Source: an uncultured Planctomycetota bacterium (lineage in GTDB: Bacteria; Planctomycetota; Planctomycetia; Pirellulales; Lacipirellulaceae). From it: a stretch of DNA of 64,000 nucleotides. The stretch's first letter is position 1, and the number at the start of each line of letters is the position of its first letter. This document shows positions 10,267 to 21,144 of this stretch, piece after piece. A model generated the notes under the pieces. The model was not told the origin of the DNA. It saw only the letters and a program-made list of their open reading frames with translations, and searched no databases. The translations under genes and the position numbers were made by a program. The stretch spans positions 1,760,001-1,824,000 of the forward strand of contig CAVRBU010000002.1 of assembly GCA_963719315.1 (NCBI GenBank), read 5' to 3'.

Positions 10267-11649
10267 CTACACGATCAATTCAGCAGGCACATCGTGACGC
10301 TTGTCGTAAAACGTTCGCGTCGGGTTGATGATAGCCCAAGTTGTCAACGCCACTAGAAACCCGGCCGCATACACGCCGAATAGCGCACTCCAGCCCATTG
10401 TGTGAAACACCCGCGCCCCGATGTACGGCTGCACGGCGTGGCCCAAGCAGCCAACCATATTCATGAACCCGACGGCGATCCCGGCGTTCCGGCCTCCAAC
10501 GTCGACCATTGAAGCCCAACTCGCCGCCTGTCCAAAGTCGAACGCGGCAGCAGCCACGCACATCAGAATCGTGGCACTACGCGCCGTTTCCGCGTGTCGA
10601 ATTGCGAGCATCGCCGCTGCGGCCACAAGGCAACCAGTCACCGGAAAGACTGCCCGCCCAACCCGCCGCCAGCCGCTTCGTTTCACAAACGAGTCGCTCA
10701 GTACGCCCCCCACAAAGCACGCGATACCGCCAAAAATCAGCGGCAGGGCCGACGACCATTCGGAATCGTCGAAGCTCACATGCTGCACCTCTTTCATGTA
10801 CCGCGGCATCCAACTCACGAAGAATGACCAACCGATGCCGCCGCAGAAAAAATAGATCGCCAGTCCCCATGCCGATGGTGACGTCAGTAGGCGAAGCCAT
10901 ACCTGAGCGTCACCGGCGTGACTCGTCTCGATCGAGCCGCGTCCCGCTTCGATATGGCGCAGCTCCGCCGGACTGACAGATTCTTTTTGAGCCGGATCAT
11001 CACGGAACCAGGGATAGAAACCCAGGCACCACACGACGCCGATCGCGCCGGAAACAAAAAACGCGATCCGCCAGGGCGCCATCGTCGCGAAACAGACACC
11101 GGCGTTCGATTCGCCCATGCTTGCCTGCAACGAGCCAATGCCGCGGGTCATCGTACCGAAAAATATCGGTGCAAACGCGGCGCCCCACCGCGCCGTCAGC
11201 CACAATAGGCCGCCGGCTCGGGCGCGTTCCACGATCGGCAGCCAGCGTGATTGAATACGGGCCATATTCGGATAGGCGCCTGCCTCGCCAACGCCAAACA
11301 GGAAGCGATAAATCAGCAGCGAATAGAATCCAGTGGCCGCGCCAGTCAGCACCGTAAACAGTGACCATGCGAGCACAATTCGTGTGATTGTAAACCGTGC
11401 GCCCATGCGGTCTCCCATCCAGCCGCCGGGAATCTCAAACAGCGCATACGCCAGCCAAAACGTCCCGAATACAATTCCCATCTGTTCATCGTTAATCGAC
11501 AGCGATGCTTGAATGCCCTCCTGTGCACGAACGATACATTGGCGGTCGTAATACGTGAGAAACGACAGGACGCACAAAAACACCATCACCCTGACACGAA
11601 CTCGGGTCCGGGCTTCGCCGAATTGGGCGCGCATGTCATCTTGCAACAT
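10267..11649 (-). CDS. MFS transporter (anion:cation symporter-like)
   Basis: About 12 hydrophobic segments with the motifs YYDR, EIPGGWMGDRMGAR and RFLFGVGEAG. Confidence 0.9.
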   Translation of the reverse strand: MLQDDMRAQFGEARTRVRVRVMVFLCVLSFLTYYDRQCIVRAQEGIQASLSINDEQMGIVFGTFWLAYALFEIPGGWMGDRMGARFTITRIVLAWSLFTVLTGAATGFYSLLIYRFLFGVGEAGAYPNMARIQSRWLPIVERARAGGLLWLTARWGAAFAPIFFGTMTRGIGSLQASMGESNAGVCFATMAPWRIAFFVSGAIGVVWCLGFYPWFRDDPAQKESVSPAELRHIEAGRGSIETSHAGDAQVWLRLLTSPSAWGLAIYFFCGGIGWSFFVSWMPRYMKEVQHVSFDDSEWSSALPLIFGGIACFVGGVLSDSFVKRSGWRRVGRAVFPVTGCLVAAAAMLAIRHAETARSATILMCVAAAAFDFGQAASWASMVDVGGRNAGIAVGFMNMVGCLGHAVQPYIGARVFHTMGWSALFGVYAAGFLVALTTWAIINPTRTFYDKRHDVPAELIV

Positions 11650-12055
11650 TATGACAAACTAGCGATTGCAAGACGCCATCGCAACTCGGTGAAATCATTG
11701 GCGTGACGAACTGGCGACGAGACCAAGCACATCGGCCAATTTCCCCGTATAAATTCACCAGGGTCCAACATCGGTGGTCTTAGCGTCCCGTTCGCACTGG
11801 TAATCGAATGCATGGGATTCCGAATACTTGCCCAAACGAGTGACTCGCGCCCGAATTGTTGCGGGCCGCTGCGGCAATATCACACTCCCTGACGTAATGC
11901 CAAAAATGGCGCACCCAGTGACTAATCATGGACAACGGGTCCCATTAACTCGTCAGTGTATGAGATGTGGCGAATAACGACCGTTTAGAGACGTTTTTCG
12001 ATGTATGGACTCAGGGCCGAAAATAGTCTGCCGCGGACTATCCCCGACAGCACGC

Positions 12056-13531
12056 TTATGCGACGGCCCGACGGAATGTGGCCTCGTAAACCACGGTGCC
12101 ACGCACATCGCGAAGTTGGAACGCGATCAGGCTTTGCTGGCCCTCAGCACGCACTTCGACCGACAAGAAGCCACCCTTCACGCGGTGGAAGCGGTGATAG
12201 GTCTTGTTCTCACCCGGTGTACCGCCGGCGTGAGAATCACTCGCCGCGCCAACGCTGAATTCCTGCGTGTCCGCCGTCGGATGTATCGAATGATATTGCC
12301 AATGCCGATCGCCACAGATGACAAAGAAATTGTCCGGTACGTGAGCCTTAAGCCACTCGCGGAGTTCGCTGCCTTCGTGAGCAAAGCCGGCATTCGAGTG
12401 ATTGTCATTCTTTTCTGTGCGATCCGGCCCGACCAGCGGCGTGGGGCTGATGAGCAGCTTCCATGTCGCATCGCTCGCTTGAAGGGTGCGTTTGAACCAA
12501 GCTTTCTGCTCGATCCCCCAGATCGTTTTTTCCGGGCCGTCGGGCATTGTGTTCGGTGAGCGGAAGTCGCGGCCGTCGGTAAACCAGATTTGCAAATCGC
12601 GTCCCCAGCGAAACGTGCGATAACTGGCCTCCCTGATTGGGGCCTGTTGCCGGAAGATCTTTTGCCCTTCGGCGAACGAAAGCTCGCCGGCCTTCATGCC
12701 CGGCCACGAGTCGTTTGACAGCGTGTCATGATCATCTTTCAGCCAGTAGCTCGATGCATTCCGCATCATCGCGACCAGGCGAGGTAAGCTGAACATTCTC
12801 TCCCAGTGCAGCCGAGCCAGCGCGGGTGTCACGGCGCGTGGTTCGTTGTTGTCGTAATAGACGAGATCACCGGTCATTGTCACGAACTTCGGATCCAGCG
12901 CGAGCATCGACGGATAGATTGGGTGCCCGTCCGGATGGTCGCGATCCGGATAGCCTTGGCAGGTCATTACGCAAAAACGAAAAGCACTTGGTGTCGTGGG
13001 CAGGGGCGCAGTAGAGAACTTGCCACGAAACTCGCTGCGCACTTGGGAGTCACCAGGAAAAGTCGTTTGACTCAGGTAGTGATACGTGCTGTCGGGCTTC
13101 AAGCCGATCAGCTTGAACTGATGAATGAAGTCTGTCGCTTCCGTTACATCTATCCAGGCCGTCTCGGCCGCGTCGTCTAAATCATCGCTTAATCCGTAAC
13201 GCAATCGCACTCGACCAGCCATCCCCGGACATGCGCCTTCGATGTGCTCGACTGGGACAGTCACCAGCTGAGGGTTCTGCCGGTCAACCATCTTGGAGAA
13301 GACGATTCCATCCTTGTTGCGCTGCGGATAATTCGTGAGTCGTGTCCAAACGATCGCCGAGGTCTCCGTGACTTCACCGACTCGGGTGCCCACCGCCTGA
13401 TGAGGGCCGGACTCCACCGCCGGCAGCACACCGGCCGAGACCGCGCACGGAAACAGAATTGCCGTTCCTGCCGAAGTTGCCAAGAAACCACGCCGCGTGA
13501 CGTTGGTTGGGAAACAGTAGTCATCATGCAT
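12056..13531 (-). CDS. phoD: PhoD-like phosphatase, Tat-exported
   Basis: TRRGFL, VGEVTETSAIVWTR, GDLVYYD, DDHD, DGRDFRS and GDRHWQY. Confidence 0.85.
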   Translation of the reverse strand: MHDDYCFPTNVTRRGFLATSAGTAILFPCAVSAGVLPAVESGPHQAVGTRVGEVTETSAIVWTRLTNYPQRNKDGIVFSKMVDRQNPQLVTVPVEHIEGACPGMAGRVRLRYGLSDDLDDAAETAWIDVTEATDFIHQFKLIGLKPDSTYHYLSQTTFPGDSQVRSEFRGKFSTAPLPTTPSAFRFCVMTCQGYPDRDHPDGHPIYPSMLALDPKFVTMTGDLVYYDNNEPRAVTPALARLHWERMFSLPRLVAMMRNASSYWLKDDHDTLSNDSWPGMKAGELSFAEGQKIFRQQAPIREASYRTFRWGRDLQIWFTDGRDFRSPNTMPDGPEKTIWGIEQKAWFKRTLQASDATWKLLISPTPLVGPDRTEKNDNHSNAGFAHEGSELREWLKAHVPDNFFVICGDRHWQYHSIHPTADTQEFSVGAASDSHAGGTPGENKTYHRFHRVKGGFLSVEVRAEGQQSLIAFQLRDVRGTVVYEATFRRAVA

Positions 13532-13617
13532 GAAGATGTCTCGCGTTCTGCGATTAAATGAATACTCTTCGATTTGAAAGGTCCTGCGAAGTTTGCGAAG
13601 AGCCGTGGGCTTCACGG

Positions 13618-15003
13618 CTATTTCGGAAGTCCGACCAGATCCTCAGGGAGCTTCATGTTGTCCATGGCTTGCTGTTCGACGAGCAGTTTCTGCAACTCAG
13701 CCACCCGCTCCGGATGAGATTTCGCTACGTCCTCTTTTTCGTACGGATCCGTCGCGATGTTGAAGAGCTGAGGCGTTTCCTTGGCCGACACGATCAGCTT
13801 CCAGTCGCCGTGACGCAGGGCATGGCCGCCATTCATTGCAATGTAAATCGTCCGCGGCGACGTGTTCGAGATGTCACCCGTGAGTGCGGGCCATTGATTG
13901 ACGCCGTCCCATTTCAGATCAACCTCCGATTTATAACGGACGAGGCTTGCAATTGTGGGGAACCAATCGGCAACATGCATTGGGGTCGTGAACTTGCGCG
14001 GGGCCAACTTTCCGGGCCAGTTTACGAAGGCGCAAACCCGGATGCCTCCTTCGTAAAGCTGGGCTTTCTGACCACGCAGCGGATCGTTCTCGCTGTTGAG
14101 AGGCGAGTCACCCACATTACCGACATACGCGTTCTTCAGCGACTCGATACCGCCATTGTCGCTGGTGAAAACGATGAGCGTATTGTCTCGCTGACCGGTC
14201 TTTTCCAATGCGGCAACGAACTGGCCGATTTTGGCGTCGAGCTGGGAAACCATGGCGGCCATTCGCAATCGGGAATCCTGCTTCTCGGGATCGTCGTGGA
14301 ACTTGACGCCGTCGTAGACTCGCTTGAACTCCTCTGGCGCATCAACCGGCGTGTGGACAGCGTGGAAAGGTACATAGATGAACCAGGGAGATTGCTTTTC
14401 CTCGATGCGGCGTAGGGCCTCTGCCGCGATCAGTTCCGTGGCGTTGCCTTCTTCGTGAAAAAACTCGCCATCGCGATGCCAGGTGTCTTCGTAAGGCCCG
14501 TTGCGATACTTGTGGGTCCACGGATCGGCGGCACCGGTCAATGTACCGTAGCCACGATCGAACCCAAAAACCGTCGGTCCCCACTCGCTACGTGCACCAA
14601 GATGCCATTTGCCCGACTGATACGTGTGATAACCCACAGACTTCAAAGCGGAGGCCATCGTCACCGTGCCGAGCGGCATGGCTCGCAAATTGCTCGGTGC
14701 CAGAGTGTGCGGACCGAATCGGCCGGGATAGCGTCCGCTCAATAACGCTGTCCGAGTGGGAGTGCAAACCGGCTGCACGTAATGAAAATCGAGTTCGACC
14801 CCTTCGCGGACCAGCTTGTCCATTTGAGGGGTTTTGCCAAAGCCGCCATGCCAGCCAACGTCGCTCCACCCGAGGTCGTCAGCCACGATGAATAGGACGT
14901 TGGGCTTGGTCGCCAAAGTTGGCGCATGCTCAGCAAGCAGGGAATTTCGATGAGCGAGGATCACCACTGCGGTGAAGAAGACCCGAATCAGATGAGATTT
15001 CAT
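13618..15003 (-). CDS. Arylsulfatase (formylglycine-dependent)
   Basis: Signal peptide, PNVLFIVADDLG, CTPTR (CxPxR), GKWHLG, FTSDNG and LYEGGIRV. Confidence 0.95.
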   Translation of the reverse strand: MKSHLIRVFFTAVVILAHRNSLLAEHAPTLATKPNVLFIVADDLGWSDVGWHGGFGKTPQMDKLVREGVELDFHYVQPVCTPTRTALLSGRYPGRFGPHTLAPSNLRAMPLGTVTMASALKSVGYHTYQSGKWHLGARSEWGPTVFGFDRGYGTLTGAADPWTHKYRNGPYEDTWHRDGEFFHEEGNATELIAAEALRRIEEKQSPWFIYVPFHAVHTPVDAPEEFKRVYDGVKFHDDPEKQDSRLRMAAMVSQLDAKIGQFVAALEKTGQRDNTLIVFTSDNGGIESLKNAYVGNVGDSPLNSENDPLRGQKAQLYEGGIRVCAFVNWPGKLAPRKFTTPMHVADWFPTIASLVRYKSEVDLKWDGVNQWPALTGDISNTSPRTIYIAMNGGHALRHGDWKLIVSAKETPQLFNIATDPYEKEDVAKSHPERVAELQKLLVEQQAMDNMKLPEDLVGLPK

Positions 15004-15278
15004 GGATGCCTCGAAGAATCGTCCAGCGGTACAGAGCTCGGCTTCGTCGCGTGTGCTTCGGTAATGTGCAATACCGCTGGAATCAACAGAAGGGATGAGA
15101 CATTCAAAATATTGCGATTAGCTATTTTCGTTCCCGGTCGATCTTCGGGGAAGCGTGCTTGTTGCCGGTTAACCTTTCTGCCGTCCTGTTGCGGAAACGC
15201 TCTCCGGATGTTTTCAGCAGAATTCAATTGTAACGGCAGTTTACCATTTACTTGATCCAAACACACCCACTTACTTTC

Positions 15279-16429
15279 GTAACACATCAGTTGCCTGAAG
15301 CAGTTTTTTCAGGCAGGGGCAGTAGTTGTTTGGTTTCGAGGTAGGTTTCGATCGCCGCGATGACTGTACGAATGGGATCGTGGCCGCGCTGTTTGAGGGT
15401 GCGAAAGATGGTCATGAGGACCGCCTGGCATTCGGCTCCCCGTTGGCTGCGATTGCCGCGCAGCGCAAGTGACCGCGTTGTACGCGCTCCAAAAGTCTGT
15501 AATCAACGTGCCCGCAAACTCGTCGACGAAGAATTTGGCCAGCGCCGGACTGCCCCGCGAGCGGTCGATCAGGTAGTACGTCACCGACTGGTTGCTGAAG
15601 CACCACAGCCAGTGCGTTTTGCCATTGGTTCGCCAGCCGGTCTCGTCCCCGTGCAACACGGCCGACGCCAGCGCTTCGGAGTGAATCTGCTCGTACCAGG
15701 CAAACAGGATTTTCTGCAGCCGCTGCCACATCTGCAGCAAGCCGCCAGGGGTGATCTTGAGTTGCAGATGGAAGTTGAAGACTTCGACGATTTGCGAGAG
15801 CGTGTTGCCCAAAGCGTAGTGCAGCCAAGCACTGAGCACCAGCACGCGGTTGCCCAGCGTCGCGCCGGGCAACGCGGCGACCACCGGTGGCTCGACCTTT
15901 TTGCGGCACGCTGGACACCAGTCGCGATGGATCGTGTGTTCGGTGACTTCCGGCTGGATGTCCGGAATGTCTTCCGTATAGCGGGTGCGGATTTCTTGGC
16001 ACGATTGCAAGCGGCTGCCACAATCGGGACACGAGCGGATGCGATGGTCGACTTGCCAGTCGATCCGCTCCGGAGGCGGCCGACGCGAACCCGGATGACC
16101 GTGCTTGGCTCCCGGTTTCTTTCCCCGTTTGCGTTGGGCCGGCTTTTGGTAAATCGGCACCATCCCCGAAGGCGTCGACGGCGTCACCGAGCAATCGTTA
16201 CTCTTGGCCCTCGACTCGGCCAGCTCCTTCGTCAATTCCAACAACGCAAAAACCACCGCTTCCTTGCCGCGCGCATAAATCGCTTCCGCCTGATGACGGC
16301 TCAGCTCTGCGGCGCGCAACGCTTGTACCGTCTTCTCGGAGATCAACTGCGTGTCCACTGCCATAACCCATGGACATAACCCTTTCCAGCAATTTAACCA
16401 AGATCAACTTCAGACGGCTGGTGTGTTAC
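15279..16429 (-). mobile_element. IS66-family insertion sequence (single-ORF type), internally deleted
   Basis: Inverted repeats GTAACACATCAGTTGCCTGAAG and GTAACACACCAGCCGTCTGAAG. An 8-bp flanking duplication reads TTACTTTC (15271-15278) and TTACTTTT (16430-16437). Confidence 0.85.
15309..16364 (-). pseudogene. IS66 transposase with an internal deletion
   Basis: PSTPS, PGAKHGHPG, a CxxC zinc finger, HGDETGW and LITDFWSAY. Near 15455 it jumps to the extreme C-terminus (NRSQRGAECQAVLMTIFRTLKQRG) in another frame. Confidence 0.85.
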
Positions 16430-16813
16430 TTACTTTTGTATTCCTCGGCGTGCACTTGCTCATCGCTGTTTTCGGGCACCCGGCGCCTACTCCCTATTAT
16501 GAATCCAGGGGTCGCCGTCGCTGCCGCTGTCATGGGTCGCCCGCGGAGGGACCCACGTGACAAAACACTCACATCTTTGCACGTCTTCCTACCGACGTGT
16601 GCGCTGCCGCGTTCAACGGTCTCGAAGGGTTAATCGCCTGAATCGCGATTCGCCCGTGTGGCATAGGCCGCCGTCCCGCTTACTCATGCTGTTTCTCAGT
16701 TATCCCGAGAAAAAAATCCATGCAAGCCGTGCATCTGTTGACCACACTCAGTGCGGTCAACAGGTTAGTGGGTGATTTCAATCTCCCCACGTTCCCGAAA
16801 GGAGCACACGACC

Positions 16814-17530
16814 ATGTCACGGATTCTGGCGATTGACCTGGGCAAATTCAAGTCAGTGACCTGTCTGTTGGACAGCGATACGAACCAGACGGAGTTCTGG
16901 ACGATGGCGACGGACCGGCCGTACCTGCTGGCCGTGCTGAAGAACTACACGCCCGATTTGGTGGTGATCGAGTCCTGCGGTCTGGCCGGATGGGTGCACG
17001 ACATCTGCACCGATGAAGGCTACGAGGTGCTGGTCTGCAATCCAAACCAGGAGGCCTGGAAGTGGAAACACATCAAGCGCAAGACCGATCGCGACGACGC
17101 ACTCAAGCTGGCCAAGCTGGCCGCGCTGGAACAGCTATTTCCTGTGTACATCCCCTGCCGCCAACAACGGGAATATCGTCGACTGGTGAAGTATCGCCAA
17201 GTGGTCCTGGGGCGCATCAATCGAGTGCAGAACAACATCCGCGCCATCTTTGCCCAGCGGGGAATGGAGATGGTGCGTGGCCAAAAGGCGTGGGCCCTGG
17301 AACGCCTGGAGTTGATTGCTCAGCACCGTAAACCGTTCGACGAATGTGCGCTGGACGACCTGTGGCGCGGCGAGTTGGATCTGGAACTGAGCCAACTGGA
17401 GCACCTCCGACAACACCAGTATGAGATCCATAAGAAACTGAAAGCGTTGGCGGCCGCCGACGAACGAGTCTAGCTGCTGCAGACGATTCCCGGCGTCGGC
17501 CGCAAGACGGCGGAAGTCGTCGTGGCCTGG
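16814..17530 (+). pseudogene. IS110-family transposase with a nonsense codon, 3'-truncated
   Basis: AIDLGK, VIES and KTDRDDALKLA. TAG at 17471-17473 is followed in frame by LLQTIPGVGRKTAEVVVAW, then similarity is lost. Confidence 0.88.
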
Positions 17531-17771
17531 CGCGGAACGTCGCTACATCTGACCAGGAACGCACGCTGATCGACCGCATTAAGCAGATGGAGCGCTTTCG
17601 GGCTTTCTACTGTGGTGAGGGTATCAAGAAACCTGTGCCAGTCGCGTTGCAGCCTTGAATCCAATTGAGAATGCTGAAAGCGGTAGCAGGCGATATCGTT
17701 CCTGATCGCAATTGAAAGATCATCGCATGACGGTACGGCGTTTTGGAAACGCGCACTGATCCGCTTGAGGT

Positions 17772-17872
17772 AGTCCTAACGCTACGAATTATGCAGCGCG
17801 TTGAGCTGATCGTGATGTGAGAAAGCAGAAATCGGCCGAAAACGCGCGGCGGTTCGAGTCCGCATGGGACTA
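17772..17872 (+). ncRNA. tRNA-shaped element with an enlarged anticodon arm (not a canonical tRNA)
   Basis: Acceptor-like stem AGTCCTA/TGGGACT plus A, T-arm GGCGG-TTCGAGT-CCGCA, and central stem GCGCGTT/AACGCGC enclosing 38 nt. Confidence 0.45.
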
Positions 17873-17906
17873 TTCGTACGTAAGAACGCGAGTCGGATTT
17901 TAGGGG

Positions 17907-17934
17907 TTGCCGATTGTAACCAAACGGTTACAAT
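17907..17934 (+). promoter_or_regulatory. Sigma70-like promoter overlapped by a palindromic operator
   Basis: TTGCCG-16bp-TACAAT, with a perfect inverted repeat ATTGTAACC-AAAC-GGTTACAAT at 17913-17934. The GTG start follows 6 nt later. Confidence 0.7.
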
Positions 17935-17940
17935 TTCAGA

Positions 17941-18183
17941 GTGGCTGTAGTCGAGTTAACATCGGAACATCGAAAGATACTCCGCCAAGCGCGCAAACGC
18001 GCGTCGCTGTCGCAAACGGAATTGGCACGCCGGGCCGGGACCGTGAGCCAATACGTCTGTCAGATTGAAAGTGGGAAAAAAGCGGGCGCGTCACTGGACG
18101 TATTGCAGCGACTTGCCCGTGAACTAGGGCTAGAAATTGCCGTTAAGACCTCAGTTCACATCAAACGCAAGCGGCAACGCTAA
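17941..18183 (+). CDS. XRE-family helix-turn-helix regulator
   Basis: LRQARKRASLSQTELARRAG...YVCQIESGK...SLDVLQRLARELG. Confidence 0.88.
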   Translation: MAVVELTSEHRKILRQARKRASLSQTELARRAGTVSQYVCQIESGKKAGASLDVLQRLARELGLEIAVKTSVHIKRKRQR

Positions 18184-18243
18184 GTGCCACTGAAAAGATG
18201 CAACAGTTCGTCAGTCAATCGAAAGACATTTGCAGGTATTACT

Positions 18244-19500
18244 ATGGCAACTCTACTGGCTCGCAAAAGTAAGAAAACGGGCAAGACACTCTTCACGGTT
18301 CAATTCGTTCTCGGCCACCAAAGACCATGCGTTCCGCTGGGTAGTGTGACCAAGGCACAAGCCGGCGAAGTGAAAGGGCATATCGAGCGGCTAGTAGGCG
18401 CTCGGCGGTCAAATGCTGCCATCGACGGTACTACCGCCGCTTGGCTCGCCGACGTGAGCGTCGACTTCTACGCGCGGTTGGTCGAGGTCGGATTGGTTGA
18501 GCCGCGCGAAACGGCTGATCCAGAGACACCAGCCCAGTCGGAGGAAATCAAGCTGGCAGAGTTTGTCGACCGGTATATTTCCGAGCGCGACGACGTGAAA
18601 CCCGGCACAGCGCTGGTTTACAATCAAGTTCGCCGCAACCTGATCGACGGCTTCGGGGCTGACAAGCCGCTTGGTGCGATTACCACTGGCGACGCAAAAG
18701 ATTGGCGGCGCTGGCTCACACGGCCGAAGAACGAGGACAGCCCGATGGAAGGCGGCCAAGGGTTGAATGAGAACACGGACCGCAAGCGGTGCGCGATCGC
18801 AAAGCAGATATTCGCAGACGCGGTAGACCGCGAACTGATCGGCCGTAACCCCTATGGCAAGATGGAGGGTCTTACGGTAGGCGCCAGCGAGGGCCGTGAC
18901 TACTTCGTAACGCCTGCCGAAACGGCAAAGGTTCTGGCGGCCTGCCCCGACGCACAGTGGAAGCTGCTATTCGCTCTGAGTCGCTACGGCGGCCTGCGCT
19001 GCCCCTCTGAGCATCTGGGACTGCGATGGGGCGACGTGGATTTTGAGCACGCCAGGATCGTAGTACGCTCGCCTAAAACGGCACGCCACGAAGGGAAAGC
19101 CCAGCGCGTCATTCCGCTATTCCCAGAATTGCGGCCATACCTGGAAGCCGTGCGCGACGAGCTGCTTAAGGACTTCGACCCAAAAGCGAGCCGCCTGAGC
19201 GAGCAGCCGGTGATTACCCATTATCGCGACACGAACGCCAATCTGCGGACGCAGCTGCTGCGGATCATCGCTAGGGCGAAGCTGGCGACGTGGCCGAAGC
19301 TGTTCCAAAACCTCCGCGCCAGTCGAGCGACGGAGCTAGCGGCGCGGCATCCGGGCCACGTCGCCGCGGAGTGGATGGGCCATAGCACGAAGGTAGCCGA
19401 CAAGCACTACTGGCGCGTGACGGATTCCGACTTCGACATGGCCCTGCGCGCAGCACCCTGCGCTGCAGTATCCAACGGCAACAAGCGATTCGGACGGTAA
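18244..19500 (+). CDS. Tyrosine recombinase/integrase
   Basis: GLRCPSE, SPKT, FQNLR (HxLR variant), WMGHS and KHY. Ends about 70 bp from the tRNA 3' end. Confidence 0.92.
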   Translation: MATLLARKSKKTGKTLFTVQFVLGHQRPCVPLGSVTKAQAGEVKGHIERLVGARRSNAAIDGTTAAWLADVSVDFYARLVEVGLVEPRETADPETPAQSEEIKLAEFVDRYISERDDVKPGTALVYNQVRRNLIDGFGADKPLGAITTGDAKDWRRWLTRPKNEDSPMEGGQGLNENTDRKRCAIAKQIFADAVDRELIGRNPYGKMEGLTVGASEGRDYFVTPAETAKVLAACPDAQWKLLFALSRYGGLRCPSEHLGLRWGDVDFEHARIVVRSPKTARHEGKAQRVIPLFPELRPYLEAVRDELLKDFDPKASRLSEQPVITHYRDTNANLRTQLLRIIARAKLATWPKLFQNLRASRATELAARHPGHVAAEWMGHSTKVADKHYWRVTDSDFDMALRAAPCAAVSNGNKRFGR

Positions 19501-19568
19501 CGGACGGAAGCCGAATCGTGAAAATCCATTAGACGTGCGAAACTCTCGATACTGTACAAATGTCAATG

Positions 19569-19641
<73 letters not shown>

Positions 19642-19988
19642 GTGGAAGGGGCCGCCAGTTGCAGCGGTGAATCGCGCGGCCGGCGGGAAACTCCATTGTA
19701 ACCGAAGGTCGGAAGCGCGAGCGAGCGGTGAAAGACACGCCGAAACGCACTTGGGCGGCGCGCAGAAAATCGCCAAGGCACGATCGCCTGCGAAACGTGA
19801 GCTCGGTGGAAATGCAGGCCCTATGCTGTCATCTCAGCAGTTGAACATTTCCGTGCCGGCAACATCGTTCTCGCAAGTGCGTTGCGTGCCTTGGCGTTGG
19901 CTTCGTCGTAGCAGCAGGCGGCTCGCCTGCTGTTCCGAGCGACGGGCGCGTCCGCCTTGTTTCCGCGAACGCCGCCCCGTCTTTTTTG

Positions 19989-20525
19989 CTACAAGCCAGA
20001 GTCGCCAAAGAACGAATCCGGGAATACCCGCTCGGCCGTTCGCCCCAATTCATCGGGCGAGCGTCGTTGGCCGATTGAGTGCCAGGCCGAAACGTCCTTC
20101 AACTCCGGCATCACTTCCACGAGTTGCTGCTCGAGCATGGTCGCGAACCGCTGGATCGACGTGTTGGTGGCCGTCTCTTCGATGGCTTTCACCGTCTTCA
20201 TGATCCGCAGCAGCCGCGCCCGCGTGAGCACGGGCTCGGAAAGCGGCGCCTCGCTCTCGACCAGCAAATCGCCGACCGGCACCTCGAGCGCCTGCTGCCA
20301 CCGCAACAATTCGGAAAGCAGCATGTCGCAGCCGGGTTCTTCCTGCCGGCGAACCTGGTCGATCGAGGTGTGCATCCGCCTTGCGGCGCTGCGCACTGAA
20401 ACGCCTTGCCTACGCCGCACGTCGGCGATCCGGTGCAGCGGACGCTTGCTCGCCGCCACCGGCATTTGGGGAACGGGTAAATGGCCTAAACTCGCATCAA
20501 ACGGGATGTCATGAGCAATGCTCAT
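19989..20525 (-). CDS. Helix-turn-helix domain protein (XRE-like)
   Basis: GGAGG RBS, HRIADVRRRQGVSVRSAARRM and WQQALEVPVGDLL. Confidence 0.8.
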   Translation of the reverse strand: MSIAHDIPFDASLGHLPVPQMPVAASKRPLHRIADVRRRQGVSVRSAARRMHTSIDQVRRQEEPGCDMLLSELLRWQQALEVPVGDLLVESEAPLSEPVLTRARLLRIMKTVKAIEETATNTSIQRFATMLEQQLVEVMPELKDVSAWHSIGQRRSPDELGRTAERVFPDSFFGDSGL

Positions 20526-21144
20526 AGTACTGCCTCCTTGTGTCCGCCGCGGCGAACACGACCATGAAAGATGAGAATGGTCAAACTGTTCCGAAACGAG
20601 AAACTGCGCACGAACTATCGGCACTGCAGCTACCTAAATTCCCTGCGAGAATCGCGGGTAGATGGCAGATTCCTGATTAAGCGCCGCGTTCCCACGCATC
20701 CCGCGCGAGAACCTTCCTGCTGCGCGAAAAACCTCTATCGAATAATTCGACAGAGACTTTTCAACCCCATTTGTTCCGGCTTCAGAGAAGTCAAAGCTGA
20801 AAAGATTGGCCCTTGCCTGTCACAAGTAGCAGAACCAAACGTCCATTTCCACTCGTGACGACCACATAATACGCCCTGATTCTAGCGATTGCAAGCCGAT
20901 TGTCGCAAAAACTGCCAACTTGGTCGCTCTGCGACCAGCAGCCAAAAACCACTGTAGCAAACCGCAGCAGGCAGATATGCCCAATCCACGCCGCTTTACC
21001 GTTCGCTGTACTATTACGCAGCGCAGCGCGCCGCAAGATGCTGCACCCAAAATATTTTTCAACTTTTTTGGGGAGTACGCTCCGCCATCATGACATTGCC
21101 TTTCCGACTCGGCCTCTCACCAGAACACACAAGGTAATGAAGCG

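Noticed and set aside
11700..12050. Hidden gene or RNA between the MFS transporter and phoD
   Set aside because: Only short ORFs and one small hairpin were found, with nothing recognisable.
15000..16533. An ORF of about 130 aa restored by removing the IS66
   Set aside because: The joined frame is open, but the translation resembles no family I recognise and is probably chance.
16630..16813. Bridge RNA of the IS110 element
   Set aside because: I could not define the element ends or the expected stem-loops, and the 3' part of the element is missing.
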